DNA of 64,000 nucleotides from Escherichia phage vB_EcoM_MM02: the sequence record MK373784.1. One strand, given 5' to 3'. The stretch's first letter is position 1. Each line of letters opens with the position of its first letter. The position numbers and the translations under genes were made by a program. The notes beneath the pieces were generated by a model. That model ran no database searches, was not told the DNA's origin, and saw only the letters and a program-made list of their open reading frames with translations. This document shows positions 1 to 8,947 of this stretch, piece by piece.

Positions 1-2214
1 TTATTTGGCCGCTTCCACGGCCTTCATGAATTTAACGATTTGAGCGACCTGTTCTTTGGAAAGAGTACCACGTCGTCCCATGTAGTCTGACACAATATGA
101 TAATTGGTTTCGAATTCAATAACCATTTTATCATCATTATCGTAAGCATTATCTTTAAGCTTATCGAAAATTTTAGCACACAATTCTAACTTCTTATTCA
201 GGTCTGTATTAGTAGCACCTGCGAATCGATTCCATCCCCAGCGATTATTTACTGTGGAGAGTTTTGCAAAATCTTTACTGATTTCTTTGTTCTTAGAGCT
301 AAAATACTTACTAAGGAAGTTAAGCTCTTCATTACGAGTAATATGGTTTAGATAGGGCTGTGCTCTACGACTTGGTGATACATACTCATCATAATCCACT
401 TTATCAATTAGCGTAATATAGTCATTAATTGATTTTTCGAACAAACATTCTACTTCACCAAGTTTACGAACTTTCTTAGCAATCTGTGGACGGACTACAG
501 TGAACTCTTTAATACCTGACAAATCAGCAATACGGGTCAAGAAATTGGAGTCATAGTTCAACCAACCTTTATCTGCGTCAAGACATTCAGCATTAGAACG
601 ATTACGAACTATAGCATAACCTTGGATTTCATCAGCTTCACTCGCTGGAATAAAAAGGTCTTCTGATACCCAAACATCGTTTTCATTCTTAAAGAACCGA
701 TGAGCACTCGGCGATTTAGGACGAGGCTCATTAGTCCGTTTCCTGACTTCAATCCATGGCTTAACGATTTGTAAAAGCTCTGAAGTCTTGTACATGTTAA
801 TGTTGTCGCCATCAAAGATAACTTTAAGGCGTTCCAGAAGTTTCATTGCATCTTCGTCTGTAGGGTCAACGAATAGTACACTTTTACCAAAACCGCGTGG
901 AACTTTACCAGTTAATTTAACCTCGTCTTTAGACATTTCAATTGAATTAAGAGCTCGCATTAATGGAACGCGTCCCTTAACGTCGTCAATAACAATTTCA
1001 ACATTTTTAATGTTAATGCCAATCAGACTGTTAATTGAAATGGTTGCCGTTGAGCTACCGCTTTCACGAATACGACGAAGACGAGGGGATTCAACGATAT
1101 CATATACAACGCCAAGGTTGCACCATTCAGGTCCCATTTTAAAACGTTTGTACAACTCAGAATAAGTTAGTTGTTCTTTAGAGTATTTCAGTGATTCAAT
1201 ATTAGAACCGGCTTTTTCCATGTATTTACGAGCGGTATAGCCAAGAGAATCAATTTCACGGAACACATGACGCGGGTATTTACAATCAATCCATTTCTTA
1301 GAATCTTCAGCGAACAATTTAGCATCGATTTCTGCAACGCGTTTATGGATATTTGCTACTGTACGTTTATCAAATGACAATGCTTCACGAGACGGGGCTA
1401 CATCTAGTTCACCCATAGGGAATTTAATATAAGCTGTAGTGCATCGTGTCATCATCCATGTTTGTTCTTTAATAACACTTCCGATTGGATATACAATACC
1501 ACCGTAAACAGCCATGATATTACCGCGTTCACCCCATGGAGCTTCCTTGGCCAAATATACATCGTCAAATTCAGGAAAGTATTTGATATCTTTAACACCA
1601 CGAACTTCTGCAATATCGCCGAGAGGACGCATAACATATGCAATTTCAGATGCGAACTTTTCAAAATCTTCTGGGTTAACCGGTACAACTACTTCTACAC
1701 CCGTACGGTCATCAGGGCCCATCTTATCTACAAAGGTTGGCTTAATTTGTGGACCCGTGTCATCTTGGTAGATTACGTAACCACGAACTTCACCGTTGTG
1801 ATAAGACGTAAGGTTAAACGTATCAGTATATGCTAGTGGAGCTTTAGAGCCGAGTCCGAATCCACCAATGAAATCGTTACTTGATGTTTTAGTTGAAGCA
1901 AAATATGAGTTATAGATTCCTGGCTCTTCGTCATTACCTCGAATGGTGAAATCGCTCATACCAGGACCAAAGTCTCGAACTACAAAACGTGGGTCTAAAC
2001 GACCTGGAGCCTGAACAATAAACTTATCAGTGCAACCATTAAGAATTTGTCCATCAATACAGTTTGTGATTAATTCACGTACACAAGCCAATTCTTTGTT
2101 TGTATAAAGGTCATTAGACAAAATCTTATAAACTTTGCTATTGCCTTGAATAGTGAATGCTGTGCTCTTACCGCCTGAACCAATAATCGTTTCTTTAGCC
2201 GTTTCAATAATCAT
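1..2214 (-). CDS. rIIA: rIIA-like protein (membrane-associated lysis-inhibition/exclusion protein) with N-terminal GHKL-type ATPase fold
   Basis: 737 aa, complete (stop at 1-3). N-terminal ELITNCIDG...RDFGPGM...GGFGLGSK resembles a histidine-kinase-like ATPase domain as in T4 rIIA; first gene of the T4 map order, same orientation. Confidence 0.8.
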   Translation of the reverse strand: MIIETAKETIIGSGGKSTAFTIQGNSKVYKILSNDLYTNKELACVRELITNCIDGQILNGCTDKFIVQAPGRLDPRFVVRDFGPGMSDFTIRGNDEEPGIYNSYFASTKTSSNDFIGGFGLGSKAPLAYTDTFNLTSYHNGEVRGYVIYQDDTGPQIKPTFVDKMGPDDRTGVEVVVPVNPEDFEKFASEIAYVMRPLGDIAEVRGVKDIKYFPEFDDVYLAKEAPWGERGNIMAVYGGIVYPIGSVIKEQTWMMTRCTTAYIKFPMGELDVAPSREALSFDKRTVANIHKRVAEIDAKLFAEDSKKWIDCKYPRHVFREIDSLGYTARKYMEKAGSNIESLKYSKEQLTYSELYKRFKMGPEWCNLGVVYDIVESPRLRRIRESGSSTATISINSLIGINIKNVEIVIDDVKGRVPLMRALNSIEMSKDEVKLTGKVPRGFGKSVLFVDPTDEDAMKLLERLKVIFDGDNINMYKTSELLQIVKPWIEVRKRTNEPRPKSPSAHRFFKNENDVWVSEDLFIPASEADEIQGYAIVRNRSNAECLDADKGWLNYDSNFLTRIADLSGIKEFTVVRPQIAKKVRKLGEVECLFEKSINDYITLIDKVDYDEYVSPSRRAQPYLNHITRNEELNFLSKYFSSKNKEISKDFAKLSTVNNRWGWNRFAGATNTDLNKKLELCAKIFDKLKDNAYDNDDKMVIEFETNYHIVSDYMGRRGTLSKEQVAQIVKFMKAVEAAK

Positions 2215-2226
2215 ATTTTTCTCTCA

Positions 2227-2427
2227 TCACAAGTTACGTTTAAAAATTTCTGCTACTTCAAGAAGTTCTTCTTTAGTAGCTGTATCGGTTTGTATTTTAT
2301 ATCGAATTTCTTTAAAGCGTTCTTTAAAGGACTCTGCTGATTCGATATCAAAAAATCTTTGGATAAGCCGGAATTCCCGGAGCACTGCTTTATCAAAAAG
2401 TTCCAAGTCCACGTTATATGTTCTCAT
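2227..2427 (-). CDS. small hypothetical protein (rIIA.1 position)
   Basis: 66-aa ORF immediately upstream of rIIA on the same strand; synteny only. Confidence 0.4.
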   Translation of the reverse strand: MRTYNVDLELFDKAVLREFRLIQRFFDIESAESFKERFKEIRYKIQTDTATKEELLEVAEIFKRNL

Positions 2428-2519
2428 AATATTCTCTTCAGTAGATTCCTAGGGCACTATTACTAAAGACTGTATAATCTATCATCTTATGTGTAATAGT
2501 GCCTCAGGCGATTCAGGAT

Positions 2520-3620
2520 TTACGCTGTGAAGATTTTATCCCACATCGCAACAACTGCATCTCGGTTATACTTCTTCCATACGGCTTCAGCACGTTTAAC
2601 TCGAGCTTCGTATGTGTCAGTGAATTCTAATACAGCTTTTGTGTAAAGCGCAACTACTTCTTTCTTAGGAGTAGAGGAATCAATTTCTACCCGCACAGTA
2701 TCTGGGTCGTATTCGAATGTCGCGTGCGGATAATCCTTAAAAACTAACTGGATTACAGGGACACCTTTAGAGATGGCTTCAATAGAACTATTCTCTACCG
2801 TACCTGTGTCAGGACACGTATTAATAAGTGCTTTAGCTGTTTTAAGACGTTCCATGATTTCACTGTGTGGAGCATCAATAATAACAGGATATTTAGCCGG
2901 TGGTGCCCATTTGCTTGGACAATAACCAATACCATTTTCGCCTAGTGCTTTAATCGCTTCAAGAGCAACATCAGTACGACGCATTTTAGTGTCATAACGT
3001 TGTGCACTAATAATCAGATCCGTCGCCGGAAGAACTTCTGGCTTTTCAGTCAAACAAATAACCGGATAATCTTCGGCTTCAAACAACGGATTTGCTCGCC
3101 AATAATCATAATCAATTTTGTCAGTCAGACCTGAAGTCATATAACAATATTTACGTTCAAATTCACGGAAGGCTTTAGTAGGAGCATAACTCTTACCACC
3201 GTTCTTACGAATTTGAATAGTCTGGTCCCAAATTTGAACAATGCCACGAGATACCGGTTCAAATGGTGTTGCCATAAAATTCTTATGAACTTTAGAGAGA
3301 CCTGCGTCTTTAATTGCCTGAACGGTTAGTTTAGTCGGTTCCATAGTAACAACAAAATCGTATTCATGGATGCCGGCTAGTTCAACAATCTTACGAGCCA
3401 TAGTATAACTCATACCTAGACTGAATTTAGTCAGATGACCAACAGGATGATGATTAACCTTCCAATCACCAAATGTGTCATTATCAAAACCGATATAATC
3501 GATATCAGCACCGATGGACACAAGATATTTCAACACATTTAAATGTACTGCTTCAAGACCACCTTGTACACGTTCTGGGTTAAATGGGACTGCACGAGAT
3601 GGGATAAACATAACTTTCAT
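2520..3620 (-). CDS. putative GT-B fold glycosyltransferase (candidate DNA hmC sugar transferase)
   Basis: 366 aa. N-terminus MKVMFIPSR...GGLEAVHLNVLKYL and C-terminal TGTVENSSIEAISKGVPVI resemble the two conserved GT4/GT-B segments (N-terminal Rossmann start and the E-x7-E region). Not present at this position in T4. Confidence 0.5.
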   Translation of the reverse strand: MKVMFIPSRAVPFNPERVQGGLEAVHLNVLKYLVSIGADIDYIGFDNDTFGDWKVNHHPVGHLTKFSLGMSYTMARKIVELAGIHEYDFVVTMEPTKLTVQAIKDAGLSKVHKNFMATPFEPVSRGIVQIWDQTIQIRKNGGKSYAPTKAFREFERKYCYMTSGLTDKIDYDYWRANPLFEAEDYPVICLTEKPEVLPATDLIISAQRYDTKMRRTDVALEAIKALGENGIGYCPSKWAPPAKYPVIIDAPHSEIMERLKTAKALINTCPDTGTVENSSIEAISKGVPVIQLVFKDYPHATFEYDPDTVRVEIDSSTPKKEVVALYTKAVLEFTDTYEARVKRAEAVWKKYNRDAVVAMWDKIFTA

Positions 3621-3635
3621 AATTAAGCCTTATTA

Positions 3636-3664
3636 AAATTAAAATGAAGCTCCCGAAGGAGCTT
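3636..3664 (-). terminator. hairpin with UUCG loop and U-rich tail at the end of gene 39
   Basis: aagctcc cgaa ggagctt overlapping the gene 39 stop; followed on the minus strand by CAUUUUAAUUUU. Confidence 0.4.
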
Positions 3665-5480
3665 AGGACATCCATTCTTTACGAAGTTCTGAATCATCAC
3701 CCATCAACATTTCAAAGAGTTCTTTCCAATTTTCAGGAAGTTTAACTACGTCGTACACAGGGTTCTGAATCATTTCACGATATTCTGACTTTTCAAGGGA
3801 GCCTAATCCCTTGATGTATCGAATACTATGCTTAGGCAGTGTATCTTTAACTTCTTCATACTCAGCTACAGTATAAAACCATTTTTGAGCTTTGCCAATT
3901 TGTGCAATAATTACAGGTGTTTTAACAAAGCGAATACGTCCTTGTTCAAACAATTCAGGCCAATTACTAAAGAAAGCAAGCAAAGCCGGATAGATACTTC
4001 CAAGACCGTCATGATCGGCATCGGTCATAATTGCAATATTACGATAGTTCGTATTCTCTGCCTTTTCACCAAGAATAAGACCCGTGATAGCACAGATATC
4101 AAAGAGCTCTTTGTTCTTCATCATATCAGCATATGACATACCCCAGCTATTCATCACCTTACCACGTAATGGGAATCCGCCGTGTAGTTCACGGTCACGA
4201 ACATCAATGAGATAACCAATTGCCGAATCACCTTCTGTTAAAAACAATGTCGTATCTGCATCTTTACCACATTGGTTAGCTTTAATATGCTTATGAACCT
4301 TAGCTTTAGTTGCCTTTTTAGCTGCTTTAGTTTCTGCAGCCTTTTCTGCTGCCAATTTACGAGCTAATGCTGCTTCAACAATAGGCATAATCAAGGCTTC
4401 GTTTTTAAGAAGTGCCTGAGCAATTTTCTTAGCATCTAATTGGATATGATTACGAATATCACCATACGTTGACGTTAAACGTTCTTTAGTCTGAGAATCA
4501 AAACGCATGTTGCTCATGTCTCTAATAAACATCAACATTGTGAGACATTCTTTAACACGAGCTTTAGTGACTTCAATACCCTTATATTTCTTTTTAATAC
4601 CAGGCAAAAGATGTTCACAGATATCATCCATTACACATTCAACATGATGACCACCATTTTTAGTATGGATGTTATTCACATAAGTTAAATGACGGAAGCC
4701 ATCTGGTGATGTTGTGAATGCTATAGAGACTTTATCATTTTCTTGAATGATGTTATCTTCACCAAATTGTTTAGCAAATCGTTTAAAATTACCATCAACC
4801 TTTTTACCATTAAATGTGAACTTGATATCAGGATAAACGACTGCCAATGTTTGAAGTCGGTCTAAAGTAATATCTAAATAAATTTGAGATAAATTATGCT
4901 CTTCAAATGAAGAGAAATCAGGAGTGAAGATTACTTTAGTGCCTTTACCTTTAGATTTCTTAGAAGACCATGATTTGTTTTCCATTCCGTTTGAACAGTT
5001 AACAGTGATTTCATTTTCGCCATCTGACGTGATGCCTGTAAACAACGTAGAGAAGATATTAGTTAAACTACTCCCGACGCCGTTCATACCACCAGTCTTG
5101 CGTTCAGAATCATCACCAAAGTTACCACCAGCCTTTGGAATAGTCCAGGCTGCTACAGGTCCAGGAATTTGTTCACCTGTTTGGTCGGTAACTAAACCTT
5201 GAGGAATACCACGTCCGTTATCTTCCACCGAAACTTGATTATTTTTAATTTGCACATCAATTTTATTTGCAAACTTAAATGATGTACGAATAGCTTCATC
5301 AACCGAGTTGTCAATAATCTCATCGATTAATTTAACCAGACCAGGAACATATTCAACTTGTTGATATTTACCAAACAAAAAACGCTCGTGGGCTTCTTTA
5401 GCCGAAGAACCAATATACATACCACTACGTTTCTTAATATGTTCTACATCTGACAATACCTTAATTTCATTTTTAATCAT
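3663..5480 (-). CDS. 39: DNA topoisomerase II large subunit (GyrB-like ATPase + TOPRIM), continuous 39-type gene
   Basis: 605 aa; GHKL ATPase motif VEDNGRGIP, TOPRIM motifs LTEGDSA and IMTDADHDG; single uninterrupted ORF. Confidence 0.9.
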   Translation of the reverse strand: MIKNEIKVLSDVEHIKKRSGMYIGSSAKEAHERFLFGKYQQVEYVPGLVKLIDEIIDNSVDEAIRTSFKFANKIDVQIKNNQVSVEDNGRGIPQGLVTDQTGEQIPGPVAAWTIPKAGGNFGDDSERKTGGMNGVGSSLTNIFSTLFTGITSDGENEITVNCSNGMENKSWSSKKSKGKGTKVIFTPDFSSFEEHNLSQIYLDITLDRLQTLAVVYPDIKFTFNGKKVDGNFKRFAKQFGEDNIIQENDKVSIAFTTSPDGFRHLTYVNNIHTKNGGHHVECVMDDICEHLLPGIKKKYKGIEVTKARVKECLTMLMFIRDMSNMRFDSQTKERLTSTYGDIRNHIQLDAKKIAQALLKNEALIMPIVEAALARKLAAEKAAETKAAKKATKAKVHKHIKANQCGKDADTTLFLTEGDSAIGYLIDVRDRELHGGFPLRGKVMNSWGMSYADMMKNKELFDICAITGLILGEKAENTNYRNIAIMTDADHDGLGSIYPALLAFFSNWPELFEQGRIRFVKTPVIIAQIGKAQKWFYTVAEYEEVKDTLPKHSIRYIKGLGSLEKSEYREMIQNPVYDVVKLPENWKELFEMLMGDDSELRKEWMS

Positions 5481-5543
5481 GTTGTCTCCTCGTTATGAAG
5501 GTATTCTATCATCCGAAATCTAAAGCAAAAAGGGCCGAAGCCC

Positions 5544-5966
5544 TTATTTAAATTTAATTTTCTGAAGTGCATCAATTGCAGCCAAACGCCCTTGTTCACT
5601 TTTAACTGTAATGACCACATCACCTGATACGATCACCGAACCATCAACAAATTCTATAGAGCCTTTTTTGAAATCTACGGCTGTATCTGATTCAGGAACT
5701 TCTTCAAAGAATTTAAATTCTGCACCGTAAATTAGAATATCACCTTGCATACTAATGATTGTACGTCCAGGTCCATCGGTTTCAGCGGCAATCATTGAAA
5801 CACCATAACCAATCATCTCTTCTACAATAAAATCTCTTGATAATAAAACTGTATGCAGAGTAGTGTTAAGACGTTTACCAGTCGTATTAAGAATTCTCAA
5901 GAAATTATCTTCCTGTCCTTTGATAATACGATATTTCTTACCAACTTCAAAACCTTTAAAAGCCAT
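5544..5966 (-). CDS. hypothetical protein
   Basis: 140-aa ORF, co-directional, tightly packed. Confidence 0.4.
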   Translation of the reverse strand: MAFKGFEVGKKYRIIKGQEDNFLRILNTTGKRLNTTLHTVLLSRDFIVEEMIGYGVSMIAAETDGPGRTIISMQGDILIYGAEFKFFEEVPESDTAVDFKKGSIEFVDGSVIVSGDVVITVKSEQGRLAAIDALQKIKFK

Positions 5967-5968
5967 AA

Positions 5969-6148
5969 TTAACCCTTCTTAAGTAAGTCGTAAAAACCAC
6001 CGTTCACATGTTTAGGAGCAGAAACCCGACGAGTAGACAGACGATGACATTCAGGGCAAACATCGTTTTCTCGTTCAGAAATTCTTTTAATTTTTTCATA
6101 TTCATGACCACAATCTTCAGATTGACATTTATAGTCGTATAACGGCAT
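5969..6148 (-). CDS. FmdB-family zinc-ribbon protein (59 aa; not in supplied ORF track)
   Basis: Hand translation: [59 protein letters not shown]; MPxYxYxC..CGH..E start and CxxC...CxxC are typical of FmdB-type zinc ribbons; start overlaps upstream stop (TAATG). Confidence 0.45.
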   Translation of the reverse strand: MPLYDYKCQSEDCGHEYEKIKRISERENDVCPECHRLSTRRVSAPKHVNGGFYDLLKKG

Positions 6149-6579
6149 TATTGTTCCTTAAAGTGAGCTTTCAACATTTGATACAAAGACCATGCCTGGT
6201 CGTTATTTTCGATAGTAATCGTCATCACCGGAAATTCAGACAATTCATCAAGTTCACCAGAATCTTGCTCTTCGGACGCTTGATATGGATTTCCAACTTC
6301 GTCAAAGAATTCTGCTTCATTCGTGGAGAGCCAGATAAAGTTTTCATCAAGGATATCACCGCCTGTTGCGTATCCAACCGTGCCAGTAGATGTCACAATT
6401 TTAGTAGGACGACCAAGATGGTCAACATCTAATACTTTAAATGGTTCCATGCCAAGACGTCGTGCATAAATCCCATTATCAGTGTGGTCTTTAATAAACT
6501 CTTCTTGGGCACGTTTATCTTTAAATTGGTACCATGAGTTAACGCGGAATTTATTAGCCATTAGTAAGTTTCCTTCCAA
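6148..6579 (-). CDS. hypothetical protein
   Basis: 143-aa ORF. Confidence 0.4.
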   Translation of the reverse strand: MEGNLLMANKFRVNSWYQFKDKRAQEEFIKDHTDNGIYARRLGMEPFKVLDVDHLGRPTKIVTSTGTVGYATGGDILDENFIWLSTNEAEFFDEVGNPYQASEEQDSGELDELSEFPVMTITIENNDQAWSLYQMLKAHFKEQ

Positions 6580-6833
6580 TAAGTTGTACCATTTTCAGTG
6601 ATTTCACGGAAGATACCATAGATAGGCATTTCATCGCCGAGTTTTTCGTAAACGTAAACCACTTCAGTGTAGCATAAAAATTCAGTCCAGTTTTTCTGTA
6701 CAACAACTAAATCAGGATTAAACAGAACATCTTCAAACTCATCGATGTTTGAATCAGTAGTTACGTTTTTAATGATTTGACGTTTCATAATATTCTCCTC
6801 TTGTTTTGATAGGTCTATAGTATCATAGACCAT
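6561..6833 (-). CDS. hypothetical protein
   Basis: 90-aa ORF; promoter-like element just upstream (approx. 6800-6850). Confidence 0.35.
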   Translation of the reverse strand: MVYDTIDLSKQEENIMKRQIIKNVTTDSNIDEFEDVLFNPDLVVVQKNWTEFLCYTEVVYVYEKLGDEMPIYGIFREITENGTTYWKETY

Positions 6834-6845
6834 AGTTGTTGTACA

Positions 6846-7370
6846 TCATTTTAGCAAAATAAAATCAACTTGTTCTGCCAATGAACGTCTAAACATTAAT
6901 TGACAACTTCCGAGGATGAAATCAGGTGCTTCATAGACCGCGATGTAGTATCCTTTAGCTTTCAAGAGTTCAACATCCACCTGGTCATCAAACCATGCAT
7001 AAACCGCGTCAACACTTTCAAATCCAAAATAGAACCCTTGAGCCCAATCTTCACTCAATTCAAATGCGTGCTCAATTCTATAGTATCTTAAGATATTTTG
7101 TTCAAGGAGTTTGTCTTCATTTACTGTAGGACGATTAGGGACATTATAGTTGTCGCCGTGATGGTAGAAGTTACCTGAGATTATTCCATGTTTATCAAGG
7201 AACTCCCATGTTTCTTCAGAGTTGTCGGTGCCCGACCAACCGTATGGCGAACGAGGTTCTTTATTCCAAGAGGTTTCCCAAATTCTGACGGCTTTACCGT
7301 CTTCGATAGCAATTCCTGGTAATGATTCACGTTGAGTACAAAAACTACGTTCTACGCGGTAAACTAACAT
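6846..7370 (-). CDS. hypothetical protein
   Basis: 174-aa ORF; GAGGAG RBS and promoter cassette upstream. Confidence 0.4.
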   Translation of the reverse strand: MLVYRVERSFCTQRESLPGIAIEDGKAVRIWETSWNKEPRSPYGWSGTDNSEETWEFLDKHGIISGNFYHHGDNYNVPNRPTVNEDKLLEQNILRYYRIEHAFELSEDWAQGFYFGFESVDAVYAWFDDQVDVELLKAKGYYIAVYEAPDFILGSCQLMFRRSLAEQVDFILLK

Positions 7371-7394
7371 ATTATTCTCCTCTGGTTGATATGG

Positions 7395-7425
7395 TTATAA
7401 TATCAAAACCAGAGGAGAAGTAAAC
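7395..7425 (-). promoter_or_regulatory. sigma70-like early promoter (GTTTAC, 17 bp, TATTAT) inside an inverted repeat
   Basis: Reverse complement of gtaaac at about 7420-7425 and tataata at about 7396-7402; 9-bp inverted repeat (cctctggtt / aaccagagg) flanks the -10 and overlaps the GAGGAG RBS. Confidence 0.45.
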
Positions 7426-7429
7426 TACT

Positions 7430-7849
7430 TTATGCAAAAGATGCTTGGCTATATCCTTTGATTTGGAATTCAGGAACTACCATGAACTGTCCGGCGAAAA
7501 CGATGTTATAAAGCTTAACACCATCTTCAACCCATTGGTCTGAAATAAAACCAGCGACTTGATTCGTTGTCCATGGAGACCCATCAGTTGCGGCAGCAAT
7601 AGTAAATTCATGGTCTTTTACAACTAAAACTGACCTGCACAGTTTCCATTTGAACGCTTTTTCTTCTGGTTCAATGAACTGGCTTGAGACGTAACCAATG
7701 TTACCATTAACATCTCGAACTTTAACTTCGTTACGTCCAAAAACCGGATCACTCACAGAAAGAACTTCAACCAACTTCCCGGCAACTTTAGAGCGAGAAG
7801 CAACAGATACATATACGTAATCACCTGTAGAGAGATTTACAATATTCAT
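7430..7849 (-). CDS. hypothetical protein, member 1 of a tandem paralog triplet
   Basis: 139 aa; C-terminal ...VAGFISDQWVEDGVKLYNIVFAGQFMVVPEF shared with the next two ORFs. Confidence 0.5.
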   Translation of the reverse strand: MNIVNLSTGDYVYVSVASRSKVAGKLVEVLSVSDPVFGRNEVKVRDVNGNIGYVSSQFIEPEEKAFKWKLCRSVLVVKDHEFTIAAATDGSPWTTNQVAGFISDQWVEDGVKLYNIVFAGQFMVVPEFQIKGYSQASFA

Positions 7850-7858
7850 AATAATTCC

Positions 7859-8323
7859 TTAAGCTTTACGAGGAGACACATAGCGAGTGATTTCAGATTC
7901 TTTAACAACTCGGAAGTCACCTAAGAATACGATATTGTATAACTTTTCACCATCTTCAACCCATTGGTCGCTAATGAAGCCACACATAGTACCAGTTTTG
8001 CTTGGATAACCGTATTCATCGATGAAGTCAAATTCTTTATCAGTCTGGAATTCAACACCTTTACACAAGGCCCATTTGAACTGTGTAGTAGGCTCAACGA
8101 TATCGCTTGAAGCAAAGTGGGCACTTACACGAGTTTCCAAGAATTTAGGACTTACATAGGCGAACTGAGTTTCAGTTTTTCCAGAACTGGGAATGATTCG
8201 AACTTTAACTTCTTTAATACGGCCTATGCCATTAGTACGAAGTCCTACCACTTCAACCAGCTTTCCTGCAGCTTTAGAACGAGACGCTGTCGATACACGT
8301 TTAATTTCACCAATATTAATCAT
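7859..8323 (-). CDS. hypothetical protein, member 2 of a tandem paralog triplet
   Basis: 154 aa; C-terminal ...CGFISDQWVEDGEKLYNIVFLGDFRVV; N-terminal ...SRSKAAGKLVEV like member 1. Confidence 0.5.
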   Translation of the reverse strand: MINIGEIKRVSTASRSKAAGKLVEVVGLRTNGIGRIKEVKVRIIPSSGKTETQFAYVSPKFLETRVSAHFASSDIVEPTTQFKWALCKGVEFQTDKEFDFIDEYGYPSKTGTMCGFISDQWVEDGEKLYNIVFLGDFRVVKESEITRYVSPRKA

Positions 8324-8354
8324 ATTTTTTTCTCTCTTTGTTTAAGTTGAATTC

Positions 8355-8384
8355 ATTATACTCCATCCATCCTTGGATGTAAAA
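8355..8384 (-). promoter_or_regulatory. early-promoter cassette, variant copy of the attatactcca...ccttgg...gtaaa repeat
   Basis: attatactccatccatccttggatgtaaaa; -10 TATAAT and -35-like TTTTAC on the minus strand. Confidence 0.4.
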
Positions 8385-8386
8385 TA

Positions 8387-8881
8387 TTAATTAAGAATAT
8401 TAACTACTGCACTACGTGGAACTACACTAAAATCACCTGCGTGAACAACGTTCAGAAGTTCAACACCGTCTTCAATCCACTGATCAGTTACCCATCCACT
8501 CACTGGACCTGCGAATGGACGTCGAATTGAAACAGCTTTACACAACAAATCAGTAGGCTCAATAGGCTTAATCAGAGTACCGTACATACAAGCGATATCC
8601 ATATCAATACAGATGTCTTTAACGGGTTCTACTTCTTCAATCAACAATTCAAAGTCAGTGCTTGGAAGGGCGGTAGTAGAAATTGTACCGTGTGAATTTT
8701 TAATTTCTAAGAATAACCAAGGGCCTTCAGCTTGTTTGATGAAGTTAACAATAGTGAAACTATTACCTTGAGTGGCACCTAAAATTTCACAAAACTTTTC
8801 ATAAGCTCGCACTGAAGCACCGTACCAGTTGATTTGTTTTTCGTCTTTCAGGATGTAAGTAGCCGTAGTATTGATATTCAT
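8387..8881 (-). CDS. hypothetical protein, member 3 of a tandem paralog triplet
   Basis: 164 aa; C-terminal ...SGWVTDQWIEDGVELLNVVHAGDFSVVP. Confidence 0.5.
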   Translation of the reverse strand: MNINTTATYILKDEKQINWYGASVRAYEKFCEILGATQGNSFTIVNFIKQAEGPWLFLEIKNSHGTISTTALPSTDFELLIEEVEPVKDICIDMDIACMYGTLIKPIEPTDLLCKAVSIRRPFAGPVSGWVTDQWIEDGVELLNVVHAGDFSVVPRSAVVNILN

Positions 8882-8912
8882 AATGTTTTTCCTGTTTGGT
8901 TAAGATAGAAAG

Positions 8913-8942
8913 ATTATACTCCAACCATCCTTGGTTGTAAAC
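8913..8942 (-). promoter_or_regulatory. early-promoter cassette, repeat copy (GTTTAC, 18 bp, TATAAT)
   Basis: attatactccaaccatccttggttgtaaac; spacer contains palindrome CAACCA/TGGTTG. Confidence 0.5.
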
Positions 8943-8947
8943 CGGTT

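Noticed and set aside
788-1836. Plus-strand ORFs (788..1165, 1462..1836, 1514..1771) inside rIIA, and similar antisense ORFs throughout (for example 33204..33797 across regA/62, 37795..38283 in gene 46)
   Set aside because: They lie antisense to long minus-strand genes with clear homology, lack ribosome-binding sites and have odd composition; almost certainly frame artefacts.
3663-5480. T4 gene 60-style translational bypass (50-nt hop) or mobA insertion in the topoisomerase gene
   Set aside because: The topoisomerase large subunit is one continuous 605-aa ORF through ATPase and TOPRIM regions; nothing requires a bypass or split gene here.
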